Source: Patescibacteria group bacterium (lineage in GTDB: Bacteria > Patescibacteriota > Minisyncoccia > Phycocordibacterales > Phycocordibacteraceae). From it: DNA of 64,000 nucleotides. A model generated the notes under the pieces. It worked only from the letters and a program-made list of their open reading frames with translations. It made no database searches and had not been told where the DNA came from. The position numbers and the translations under genes are program-made. The stretch lies in contig JAZKIS010000004.1 of the NCBI GenBank assembly GCA_040384725.1, forward strand, positions 1,256 through 65,255, written 5' to 3'. Shown piece after piece: positions 38,740 through 46,836 of this stretch. Every line of letters starts with the position of its first letter. The stretch's first letter is position 1.

Positions 38740-38991
38740 ATGCAAGACGCTTGGCACATCTACATCCTCCGATGTGCCGACGATACGCTCTATACCGGCG
38801 TCACGACCGATCTCGTGCGACGCGTTCTTGAGCATAACGAATCCTTGAAGGGAGCGAAGTACACCCGGGTACGCAGGCCCGTATCGCTCGCGTATTCTGA
38901 GTCGTTTGAAACCCGTAGTGCTGCATGCGTACGGGAAGCGGCGATAAAGAAACTATCGCGCGACGAGAAATCGAAGCTCATAGAAGGGTAG
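38740..38991 (+). CDS. GIY-YIG nuclease family protein (UPF0213-like)
   Basis: YILRCADDTLYTGVTTDLVRRVLEHN..GAKYTR. Confidence 0.9.
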   Translation: MQDAWHIYILRCADDTLYTGVTTDLVRRVLEHNESLKGAKYTRVRRPVSLAYSESFETRSAACVREAAIKKLSRDEKSKLIEG

Positions 38992-39058
38992 TGCGCATCC
39001 CCACTTGCGCTCTGCGGGAAGGGGCTACAATAGCTAGGTTACCCATTTACGTATCCCT

Positions 39059-39484
39059 ATGCAGAAATTTATGACGTGCTCTTACATGGACGGATGGCGC
39101 AACTATGCGCCGACCGTACTACGCCTCGCGACCGGTATCATCTTCGCGCTTCATGGCTGGCAGAAGCTCGAGGGCGGCCTTCCGGGTGTCGCAGGCTTCG
39201 TCGGAAGCCTCGGCTTCCCGATGCCAGAGCTCTTCGCGGTACTTCTTATCGCGGCTGAGCTCGGTGGCGGTATCCTTCTCATCCTCGGCCTCCTTACGCG
39301 CTGGGCTGCGAAGGCGCTCGTCGTGGTATCTCTCGTTGCGCTCTTCCTTGTGCATCTTCCGAACGGCTTCTACATGGCGACGGGCGGATACGAGTACATC
39401 CTTCTTCTTCTCGCAGCTAGCGTCTCGCTCATGCTCACGGGCGGAGGCAAGTGGTCCCTCGACCGCATGCTCTGGAAGAAGTAG
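39059..39484 (+). CDS. DoxX family membrane protein
   Basis: LRLATGIIFALHGWQKL, ELGGG, GYEY, GGGKWSLD. Confidence 0.9.
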   Translation: MQKFMTCSYMDGWRNYAPTVLRLATGIIFALHGWQKLEGGLPGVAGFVGSLGFPMPELFAVLLIAAELGGGILLILGLLTRWAAKALVVVSLVALFLVHLPNGFYMATGGYEYILLLLAASVSLMLTGGGKWSLDRMLWKK

Positions 39485-39657
39485 TCACGCGTGCATTAGT
39501 ACTGACAAGGACCTGTCTCGGCGGGTCCTTCGTCATAAGGGCTTCACGATTCAGTTCGTAGTATGAGCGGATGAATATACGTCGCCTCGTTCTCATGTTC
39601 GTACTTCGTGCTCTCTGGAACATTGCACGGAAACGGATCGCACGATGATAGATCTCT

Positions 39658-40278
39658 ATGGTCCGGACAATTCTGCTAGTGCTTATTCTTATGCTCGTAC
39701 TCGGAGTAGCTGTCTTCATGCCTAAAGGTAGGGAACAGCTTCAGTCATGCGCTGACAAGGCGCCTAATATCCTCGCATTCGGGGACAGTCTCGTAAGTGG
39801 GTACGGGGTCCCGGAAGGAGATGATGCGGTGTCCGCGCTCTCGTTGAAGCTCGGTGTTCCGGTGGCTAACTTCGGAGTGAGCGGCGACACTTCAGCGGAA
39901 GCGCTCAAGCGTATCAATACGATACTCGAGCGACAGCCAGACATTGTCATCGTTCTTCTTGGAGGGAACGATGCACTGCAACAGCTGCCCGTCGCCGAGA
40001 CGGAGAGGAATATCTCAGAAATCCTGAAGAAGCTACAGCAGGCAGGGATACGGCCGGTACTCGGAGGGGTTCTTGGCGGATTCCCAACTGACCCCTACGC
40101 GTCTATGTTTGCGCGGCTTGCGAGCGAGCATGAGGTGTCGCTCGTACCGAACGTCCTGTCAGGCCTCATCGGCACCAATGAGTATATGAGCGACCCGATC
40201 CATCCGAACACGAGCGGATACGCGCGAATAGCCGATAAGCTGTATCCAAAAGTTCAGGAAGCCTGTCTCGAGCTTTAG
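39658..40278 (+). CDS. GDSL/SGNH esterase (TesA-like)
   Basis: FGDSLVSGYG, GVSGDTS, LGGND, DPIHPN. Confidence 0.9.
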   Translation: MVRTILLVLILMLVLGVAVFMPKGREQLQSCADKAPNILAFGDSLVSGYGVPEGDDAVSALSLKLGVPVANFGVSGDTSAEALKRINTILERQPDIVIVLLGGNDALQQLPVAETERNISEILKKLQQAGIRPVLGGVLGGFPTDPYASMFARLASEHEVSLVPNVLSGLIGTNEYMSDPIHPNTSGYARIADKLYPKVQEACLEL

Positions 40279-40293
40279 GGCTATACTCATCAC

Positions 40294-40605
40294 ATGGCAT
40301 CAGCATTCACAGAAGCGATATATGTGCTCGCTCGGAAGATCCCGAAAGGGAAGGTTGCGACCTACGGGCAGCTCGCCTTGCTCGCCGGAAGTCCCGGCGC
40401 CGCTCGCGCGGTGGGAAGCGCGATGCGATGTAACCCTGACATTCCAAAGACGCCCTGCCACAGGGTCGTTGCTTCCGACGGTTCCTTAACCGGCTACAGC
40501 GCCGGGCAAGGTATCAGCACGAAACGGAAGATGCTCATAGACGAAGGTGTCTCCTTCAGGGGAACGAAAGTGGATTTGAAAGCGTCGCTGTGGAAGGGAG
40601 TCTAG
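40294..40605 (+). CDS. MGMT/Ogt-family methylated-DNA cysteine methyltransferase domain
   Basis: IPKGKVATYG, ARAVG, PCHRVV. Confidence 0.88.
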   Translation: MASAFTEAIYVLARKIPKGKVATYGQLALLAGSPGAARAVGSAMRCNPDIPKTPCHRVVASDGSLTGYSAGQGISTKRKMLIDEGVSFRGTKVDLKASLWKGV

Positions 40606-41357
40606 GCGAGTCCTAGGTCAGCGAGGAACTTAGCGAGCTCCTTGCCTTCGATCACGCGGTATCCGCCGATCTTCGTGGACCCCATCTTGATGCCCATGAT
40701 GCTCGTGCGCTGCAATGACTTCACCTCGTTGAAGAGCGCTACCACCATGCGGCGGATCTGGTGCGTCTTGCCTTCCGTAAGTGTTACGCGGAAGCGGTCG
40801 GCGCCGAGGATCTCAACCTTCGCGGGCTTCGTCTCGTATCCCTCGATGTTCACGCCTGCTTCCATCTTCTCCTTGAACGAGGTGCGGAGCGGCTGCTTGG
40901 TGCGAACGTCGTACGTCTTCTCGTGAGCGTACTTCGGATTAAGGAGCCTATCGGTTACGCGGCCGTCGTTCGTAAGGATGAGGAGCCCGCTCGAGGCCTT
41001 GTCGAGCCTGCCGACTGGGAACAGTGAAAGGCGCTTCAGGTCGCTCGGGAGCGTATCGAGTACGTTCTCGGTATCGGTTGCCTCGCGGTGCGTGTCCATG
41101 CCCGCAGGCTTGTTGAAGGCGATATAGGCATAGGCCTTCGGGCGCGCCTGTCCGCGCACTTCAACTACGTCGGTCTCCTTCACTTTGTCGCCGAGCGCTG
41201 CCAAGGACCCGTTTATATAGACTTTCTTCTTCTCGACGAGCACGTCAGCGTCACGCCTCGTTGCGAAGCCTTTCATGGCGAGGTACTTGTTCACGCGCAT
41301 CGGGAACACGTTCTCAACGGGTGCTTCGGGCATTGCCTTTCGTTCGGGCCTTTTCAT
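40602..41357 (-). CDS. RsuA/RluB-family pseudouridine synthase
   Basis: S4 domain RVNKYLA, PVGRLDKASSGLLILTNDG, EGKTHQIRRM. Confidence 0.92.
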   Translation of the reverse strand: MKRPERKAMPEAPVENVFPMRVNKYLAMKGFATRRDADVLVEKKKVYINGSLAALGDKVKETDVVEVRGQARPKAYAYIAFNKPAGMDTHREATDTENVLDTLPSDLKRLSLFPVGRLDKASSGLLILTNDGRVTDRLLNPKYAHEKTYDVRTKQPLRTSFKEKMEAGVNIEGYETKPAKVEILGADRFRVTLTEGKTHQIRRMVVALFNEVKSLQRTSIMGIKMGSTKIGGYRVIEGKELAKFLADLGLA

Positions 41358-41400
41358 ATACGTACAGTAGCGCGTTCGGGGTGATTGGTATACTTCCTGC

Positions 41401-41631
41401 ATGGAAACAGTCACCCCTGGCATCTATTACCACTTCAAGCATCCTGAGCAGCTCTACGAGGTGCTCGGCATCGCACTTCATACGGAGACCGAGGAAGATA
41501 TGGTTGTCTACAAGCCACTGTATGTGGGTGCGATCGCAGAACTGTTCGTCCGGCCGCTCTCCATGTTCCTCGAGGACGTCGACAAGCCGGAGCTCGGCTA
41601 TAAAGGTCCTCGGTTCGTCCGGGTCCTCTAG
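41401..41631 (+). CDS. DUF1653 family protein
   Basis: GIYYHFK..HTETEEDMVVYKPLY..VRPLSMF..PRF. Confidence 0.85.
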   Translation: METVTPGIYYHFKHPEQLYEVLGIALHTETEEDMVVYKPLYVGAIAELFVRPLSMFLEDVDKPELGYKGPRFVRVL

Positions 41632-41676
41632 TTCCTATACACAGCTACACTTGCGCTTCACTATAGGCGGGCTACC

Positions 41677-41970
41677 ATGGGCGAACGGATGGATGACTTT
41701 CTCAAGATGGATATCTTCTTCGGCGTGACCACAGTCGCGGTCGTTGTCGTATCCGTTCTCTTGGTGATGGTGCTCATCCGGCTCCTCAGGATCCTGAAGA
41801 CGGTAGACGAAGTATCGGAGATCGTACAGGAGGAAGCTGCGGAGATCCGGGACGACATCCGGGAGGTACGCGCACAGGTGAAGCGAGAGACCGTGAAGGC
41901 GGGGCAGTTGCTCGGGCTTCTCGGGGGATTCGTGAAGCCGAAGGCGCGTCGCAAGAAGTCATCATCATAA
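41677..41970 (+). CDS. Single-TM coiled-coil hypothetical protein
   Basis: DIFFGVTTVAVVV TM followed by amphipathic helix. Confidence 0.72.
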   Translation: MGERMDDFLKMDIFFGVTTVAVVVVSVLLVMVLIRLLRILKTVDEVSEIVQEEAAEIRDDIREVRAQVKRETVKAGQLLGLLGGFVKPKARRKKSSS

Positions 41971-41991
41971 TCATTTTGTAATTCAAGACTT

Positions 41992-42471
41992 ATGGCAACT
42001 AAGAAGACAGCGAAGAAGGCTCCGGCCAAGAAGAGCGGAAAGAAAATGTCGAACCTTCAGAAGGCGGAGATCGGCGCAGGTGTGCTTGCAGCCGTTGCGG
42101 CAGCCGGCGCCGCTAGCTACTACTTCTACGGTGCGAAGGACGCATCAAAGCATCGCAATGCAACCAAGAGGTGGGCGAAGGGCCTCAAGAACGATGTCGT
42201 CCGTGAGGCGAAGAAGCTCAAGGACATCGATGAGAAGGCGATGGCCGTTATCGTTGATCAGGCGGCGAAGGCATACAAGGGCCTCGACGACGTCACGCCG
42301 GGCGACCTCCGTGCTGCGGTCTCTGAGTTGAAGGGCAACTGGGAGAGCGTTAAGAAGGAATTGAAGCGCACTGTTAAGAAGGTTGCTCCGAAGAAGACCG
42401 CAAAGAAAGCGGCTCCGAAGAAGGTAGCTAAGAAGACCGTTAAGAAAGCAGCGAAGAAGTCGTCTCGCTAG
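41992..42471 (+). CDS. Lys/Ala-rich (histone H1-like termini) protein with central hydrophobic helix
   Basis: KKTAKKAP and KKVAPKKTAKKAAPKKVAKK repeats around GAGVLAAVAAAGAASYYFYG. Confidence 0.75.
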   Translation: MATKKTAKKAPAKKSGKKMSNLQKAEIGAGVLAAVAAAGAASYYFYGAKDASKHRNATKRWAKGLKNDVVREAKKLKDIDEKAMAVIVDQAAKAYKGLDDVTPGDLRAAVSELKGNWESVKKELKRTVKKVAPKKTAKKAAPKKVAKKTVKKAAKKSSR

Positions 42472-42480
42472 CTAAGACAA

Positions 42481-42517
42481 AGAAAACCCCGCGACCCTAG
42501 GGTCGCGGGGTTTTCTC
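42481..42517 (+). terminator. Intrinsic terminator
   Basis: AGAAAACCCCGCGACC-CTAG-GGTCGCGGGGTTTTCT. Confidence 0.8.
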
Positions 42518-42673
42518 TTTCTCCATGAACACCTCATCTAACGCTCATCACACATCTATTAGAGTGGCCTGATGCCTAGCTCTATGCGAATATTGGAAGA
42601 CCGCCGCCCCACCTCCTGTCGCATAGCCCTAAAAGCCCTTGCTAAGAGTGGTCCCGGCGGTACGTCATACTTT

Positions 42674-43177
42674 ATGGACCAGGAAGAAACGAAAGCCTAT
42701 TTCCTCCAGATATACGATACCTATGCGGACGATATCTACCGTTTCTGCTACCTCAAGGTTAGCAACCGGGAGCTCGCCCAGGATCTGTCTCAGGAGGTCT
42801 TCACCCGCTTCTGGCAGGCCCTGCGGGAGGGTACCGTCATGCGAAGCGAGCGAGCGCTCCTCTATACCATGGCGCGGAACCTTGTTATCGACTGGTACCG
42901 GAAGAAGAAGGAATCCTCGCTCGACGTACTGACCGAGCAAGGCCTCGAGTTCGGCGGAGACGGAGCAGACGATGTGACGCGCGATGCTGAGATGGGCGAG
43001 GCCCTACGGATGGTGAGCAAGCTTGATGTGGCATCAAGAGACGTGCTCATCCTCAGATTCGTCGACGGCCTCTCGCCGAAGGAGATAGCGCTTCTCTCGG
43101 GAGAGTCAGCGAATGCCGTCTCTGTCCGCCTGAACCGCGCCATGAAGAAGATGCGTACCCTTATGCATACCGATTGA
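42674..43177 (+). CDS. ECF RNA polymerase sigma factor
   Basis: AQDLSQEVFTRFW, LYTMARNLVIDWYRKK, region 4 LSPKEIA..VRLNRA. Confidence 0.9.
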   Translation: MDQEETKAYFLQIYDTYADDIYRFCYLKVSNRELAQDLSQEVFTRFWQALREGTVMRSERALLYTMARNLVIDWYRKKKESSLDVLTEQGLEFGGDGADDVTRDAEMGEALRMVSKLDVASRDVLILRFVDGLSPKEIALLSGESANAVSVRLNRAMKKMRTLMHTD

Positions 43178-43191
43178 TCTAGAGAAGAACC

Positions 43192-44166
43192 ATGACCACA
43201 CGAAATCCTATTACCATACTCAAGTCGCTGAGGAACCTAACTCTCGGAAGCGACGTCAAGAAGCGCATGCGCGCTGATATTTCTGCATACGCTGATCTCC
43301 ACTCGCTCACGGATCTCGTGAAGCGCTTGCCGGTGCGTTCCCCGTTCTCATTCGCTTCGTTCATGGTACCTGCGCGCAGCCTCTACGCCGGCGCGCTTAC
43401 GCTCGTACTCATGGTTGCGGGAGGCACGCAGGCAAGCCTCGCTTCTGAAGGTTCGGTCCCAGGAGACATCCTGTACCCGCTCAAGGTAGCGGTTAGCGAG
43501 CCGCTCGCATTCGTGTTCACGCCGTCGACCGAAGGAAGGGCGAGCCTCGCTGCAGAATTCGCATCCCGCAGGGTAGACGAGGCGGCAGCGCTCTCGTCTG
43601 TAGGCAAGCTCGACGAGCAGACGGCTCAGGACTTGGCTACCCGATTTGATGCGCATGTCGACGTGCTGGCGAAAGAGACGGACACGCTTGAGGCGAAGGG
43701 CGAGATCGCTACGTCGCTTGCGGTGCGTACCGACCTCGAGCAGAAGCTCTCAGCACGCGTTGAGGAATTCGCTGTCGATGCGGTTGCCGAAGAGAACGTG
43801 CTCGTCGCAACCTCGATGGCCGTAGAGGAATCCACCGCAGACCGCTTCACCACGCGCGTCTTCGAGAAATCAAAGACGCTCGCAACGACTCGCGAACGGC
43901 TCGAGACAGCACTCGCGCTCGATGTCGAGGCAGAGCTCAAGGAGGGAGTGAACCTTGCTACTATCCGGTCAGGGGAGGCTGTGCAGGGAGAGAGCGCGTC
44001 CGCAGGAATCTTCTTTGCTAAGGTCGGGTCAGGTGAGGTCGACAATCTCGCGGCAACGACTACTGCCACGACGACCGCTTCAACGACCGACGAGAAGCTT
44101 CTTGAGAATAGCGAGCCTAGCGACTCAGCGGCATCACGTTTCTTCGCGCCATTCTTGAAGCGATAG
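43192..44166 (+). CDS. DUF5667-like membrane protein, candidate anti-sigma factor
   Basis: Single TM then SVPGDILYPLKV..RRVDEA; directly downstream of the ECF sigma. Confidence 0.7.
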   Translation: MTTRNPITILKSLRNLTLGSDVKKRMRADISAYADLHSLTDLVKRLPVRSPFSFASFMVPARSLYAGALTLVLMVAGGTQASLASEGSVPGDILYPLKVAVSEPLAFVFTPSTEGRASLAAEFASRRVDEAAALSSVGKLDEQTAQDLATRFDAHVDVLAKETDTLEAKGEIATSLAVRTDLEQKLSARVEEFAVDAVAEENVLVATSMAVEESTADRFTTRVFEKSKTLATTRERLETALALDVEAELKEGVNLATIRSGEAVQGESASAGIFFAKVGSGEVDNLAATTTATTTASTTDEKLLENSEPSDSAASRFFAPFLKR

Positions 44167-44205
44167 TTCATCATTCCGATAGGTGCATTTCGCTAGACTG
44201 TACCC

Positions 44206-44628
44206 ATGGGAACACTATTCAAACTCATAGCCTGCCTCATCGTTGTCGGGGGTATATGGGTGTGGGCGAACGGCAAGTCCGTTACGGATGAGGTCGAAGC
44301 GCGTACCGAGCCGGTACAGCTCTCTGCGTCGGCGATTCTCGCTACCGAGACAGAAGGAGCTTTCGACAAGGAAGGCACCATCGTCTTCGATGTCACGGAG
44401 GGCCAGAACGGCACTCCCTATATCCTCTATACGGACTATAACGACCAAGGAAAGCCGTCGGTGCGCACGAAGCGGCTCGTGTTCGCCAACCGCGATGCCT
44501 GTGCCGAAGTGAACCTTCCGTGCGCGACGAACCAGCCCGGTATACCGGTCTATGCCGATCAGAACGTGCGCGTCGTAGGGACCGTCAAGGACGAGCTCGT
44601 GCAGGTCAGCGAAGTCTATGTCATATAG
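44206..44628 (+). CDS. Exported hypothetical protein
   Basis: N-terminal TM, OB-fold-like VRVVGTV end. Confidence 0.7.
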   Translation: MGTLFKLIACLIVVGGIWVWANGKSVTDEVEARTEPVQLSASAILATETEGAFDKEGTIVFDVTEGQNGTPYILYTDYNDQGKPSVRTKRLVFANRDACAEVNLPCATNQPGIPVYADQNVRVVGTVKDELVQVSEVYVI

Positions 44629-44652
44629 GCCGGTTCGCCGTATACTCTTCCT

Positions 44653-45330
44653 ATGAATCGCCTCACCTTCGTTCTTTTTCTCATAGGCATAATCGCCATA
44701 GGCGGCGGTACCGCTTGGTATCTGGTTGATACCCGGAACGAAGCGTTCGGTCCTCCTACGGTCGCGACAAGCACGCCGCAGATCGAGGAAGGCGTTGCTA
44801 TCTATTCGAACGGCCCGTACGGATTCACGATCTTCTATCCAGAGGATGCGGAGGTTTCGTATACCTTTGACGCTGACTATCATCTCGGTACAAGCTGGCG
44901 CGCGAACGCGCTTCCGGACGCTGACGGAACCCCTATCGTCTCTATCGCTCCATATAGAACCGAGAGCACGGATTCGTACCCACGGTACTTCAACGCGATG
45001 GTGCGTATCGGCGCATCGATAGATGCGACTGAGCTTGCGCGCTGCGAAGTCGCTGCCGCTGAGCAAGGAGAAACGGCACTGCCAGACATGGTTATTGGCT
45101 CAACGACCTGGAAAGTGTTCGCGTTTGAGAGTGCCGGTATGATGCAGTACGCGAAGGGCGTATCCTACCGGACCCTGCATGAAGGACGCTGCATCGCGCT
45201 TGAGAAGGTGCGCACCGGATCGAGCTATCGGGAGGACGCGCCGAGCGAGAAGGACATCCCTGAAGAGATGCTTTCCGGAGAATACGAAGCGCTCGCGAGT
45301 ATCATCGAGAGCTTCTCGTTTGCGCGGTAA
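44653..45330 (+). CDS. Membrane-anchored PsbP-like hypothetical protein
   Basis: YSNGPYGFTIFYP..IIESFSF terminal pattern. Confidence 0.68.
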   Translation: MNRLTFVLFLIGIIAIGGGTAWYLVDTRNEAFGPPTVATSTPQIEEGVAIYSNGPYGFTIFYPEDAEVSYTFDADYHLGTSWRANALPDADGTPIVSIAPYRTESTDSYPRYFNAMVRIGASIDATELARCEVAAAEQGETALPDMVIGSTTWKVFAFESAGMMQYAKGVSYRTLHEGRCIALEKVRTGSSYREDAPSEKDIPEEMLSGEYEALASIIESFSFAR

Positions 45331-45407
45331 GCGCTATTCACCTCCAGTAATGAAGGCTTCATAAAAGGGGAGTATGCTTAGAGCATTAGCTAGTTATCCT
45401 TTCTGCC

Positions 45408-45740
45408 ATGTCTTTACTTCATTGGATCGTAACCGCGCTCGCTATCGGCATCGCCGCCTACCTCATACCAGGGATCGAGGTAACGCTCGTGGGCGCACTC
45501 GTGCTCGCAGTCGTGCTCGGCATCATCAACGTGTTCCTGAAGCCGATCATCAATCTGCTCACCTTGCCGCTCAATATCCTGACGCTCGGGCTCTTCTCGC
45601 TCGTTATAAACGCGCTCCTCATCATGCTTGCGGGCATGCTGGTCCCGGGATTCACGGTCGACGGGTTCTGGCCGGCGTTCTTCTTCGGCATCGTCGTAGC
45701 GCTCGTGTCGGCGCTCTTCGGAGCGATGACGAAGCGATAG
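45408..45740 (+). CDS. Phage holin family (YvlD-like) four-TM protein
   Basis: LGIINVFLKPII.LLTLPLNILTLGLFSLVINA..VPGF. Confidence 0.85.
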   Translation: MSLLHWIVTALAIGIAAYLIPGIEVTLVGALVLAVVLGIINVFLKPIINLLTLPLNILTLGLFSLVINALLIMLAGMLVPGFTVDGFWPAFFFGIVVALVSALFGAMTKR

Positions 45741-45755
45741 GAAGCAGCATTCGCC

Positions 45756-45785
45756 AGAAAAGCCCGTCATATGACGGGCTTTTCT
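45756..45785. terminator. Intrinsic terminator
   Basis: AGAAAAGCCCGTC-ATAT-GACGGGCTTTTCT. Confidence 0.8.
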
Positions 45786-45850
45786 ATTAATGCTATAGTC
45801 CGCCCGGAATAGTCACGAGACAGCGATGTCTCTTACAGAAAGGAATTGCC

Positions 45851-46738
45851 ATGAGCGTTCGGCTCATCGAAGGGTTGCCGCACCTGTATCGCGGAAAAGG
45901 AAAGGATCTGTACGACATTCCAGGTCGTCCCGATTCCATACTGCAGGTCTGCCGGAACACGCTCAGCACGCACAACGTCGTGCATGCCACGGAAGTCGAA
46001 GGCAAGGGCGCGCTCATTACGGCACTGACCCTGTTCATGCACTTCTCGGTACTCGACGGTATTCCCAACCACATCGAGGAATTCGGCCGAGATATCTACC
46101 TCGTACTGCCGGAAGGCGACTACGAGCCTGACCTGCATCATCGTGCATTGGTCGTGAAGCGTGCCCGGACGCCGGATACGGAGTTCATCTTCCGTTCGCA
46201 CCTTGCGGGCTCGCTCGCGCGGGCGCTGAAGGAAGAAGGGACCGATCCCTATAATCTGGGCCTCAGCCGGCACCTGCCGCTGATGTTCCGGTTTCCTCAG
46301 CCCCTCTTCACGCCGACGGAGAAGTCGAAGGACGACCGGCCGCTTCCGGCGAGCGTCGTGTGCGAGCGCTATCCCATCGAAACCAGTCTCGCGCTCAAGG
46401 CGTTCCGTCAGGCGCAGCAGTACCTGTATCGTCGCGGCCTCGCGCTTATCGACGCGAAGTTCGAACTGGTTGATGGCATGCTCATCGACGACTGGCTGAA
46501 TGGCGACTGTTCGCGCATCGCGAGGCTGTCCGATATCCACGAAGGCGAGGAGCCCCCGTTCCTCGACAAGGAGATCTTCCGACAGATTGCCATACGCAAC
46601 TGGAATGGCGGCAAGAAGGTTCCGCTCACTTTCACCGATCGTGAGATCAAGCAGGGGCTGGGCGGCTACCACGAAGCCTTCAGTCTCATCACGGGCATGA
46701 CCCTGCGGGAATTCCAGAAGTTCTATCTCGACGTCTGA
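45851..46738 (+). CDS. purC: Divergent SAICAR synthetase-like protein
   Basis: YRGKGKDLY, GKG, FTPTEK, DAKFE, DCSR, DKEIFR. Confidence 0.72.
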   Translation: MSVRLIEGLPHLYRGKGKDLYDIPGRPDSILQVCRNTLSTHNVVHATEVEGKGALITALTLFMHFSVLDGIPNHIEEFGRDIYLVLPEGDYEPDLHHRALVVKRARTPDTEFIFRSHLAGSLARALKEEGTDPYNLGLSRHLPLMFRFPQPLFTPTEKSKDDRPLPASVVCERYPIETSLALKAFRQAQQYLYRRGLALIDAKFELVDGMLIDDWLNGDCSRIARLSDIHEGEEPPFLDKEIFRQIAIRNWNGGKKVPLTFTDREIKQGLGGYHEAFSLITGMTLREFQKFYLDV

Positions 46739-46836
46739 TTCAAAAGCAACGTTACGGCGCATCCTCACGGGTGCGCCGCTCTTTTATCCTCTTCGAGAAT
46801 CTCTGATGGAGGATCAATGCACTATACTTACCTGTA

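Noticed and set aside
39500-39640. Intergenic hairpin and an antisense EVRT-like word resembling the recombinase-tail motif
   Set aside because: Too short, with no nearby tRNA or repeat partner; the hairpin is likely the DoxX terminator.
45408-45740. Holin-family gene as evidence of a prophage
   Set aside because: YvlD-like proteins are common chromosomal genes; no phage structural, lysis or integrase genes nearby.
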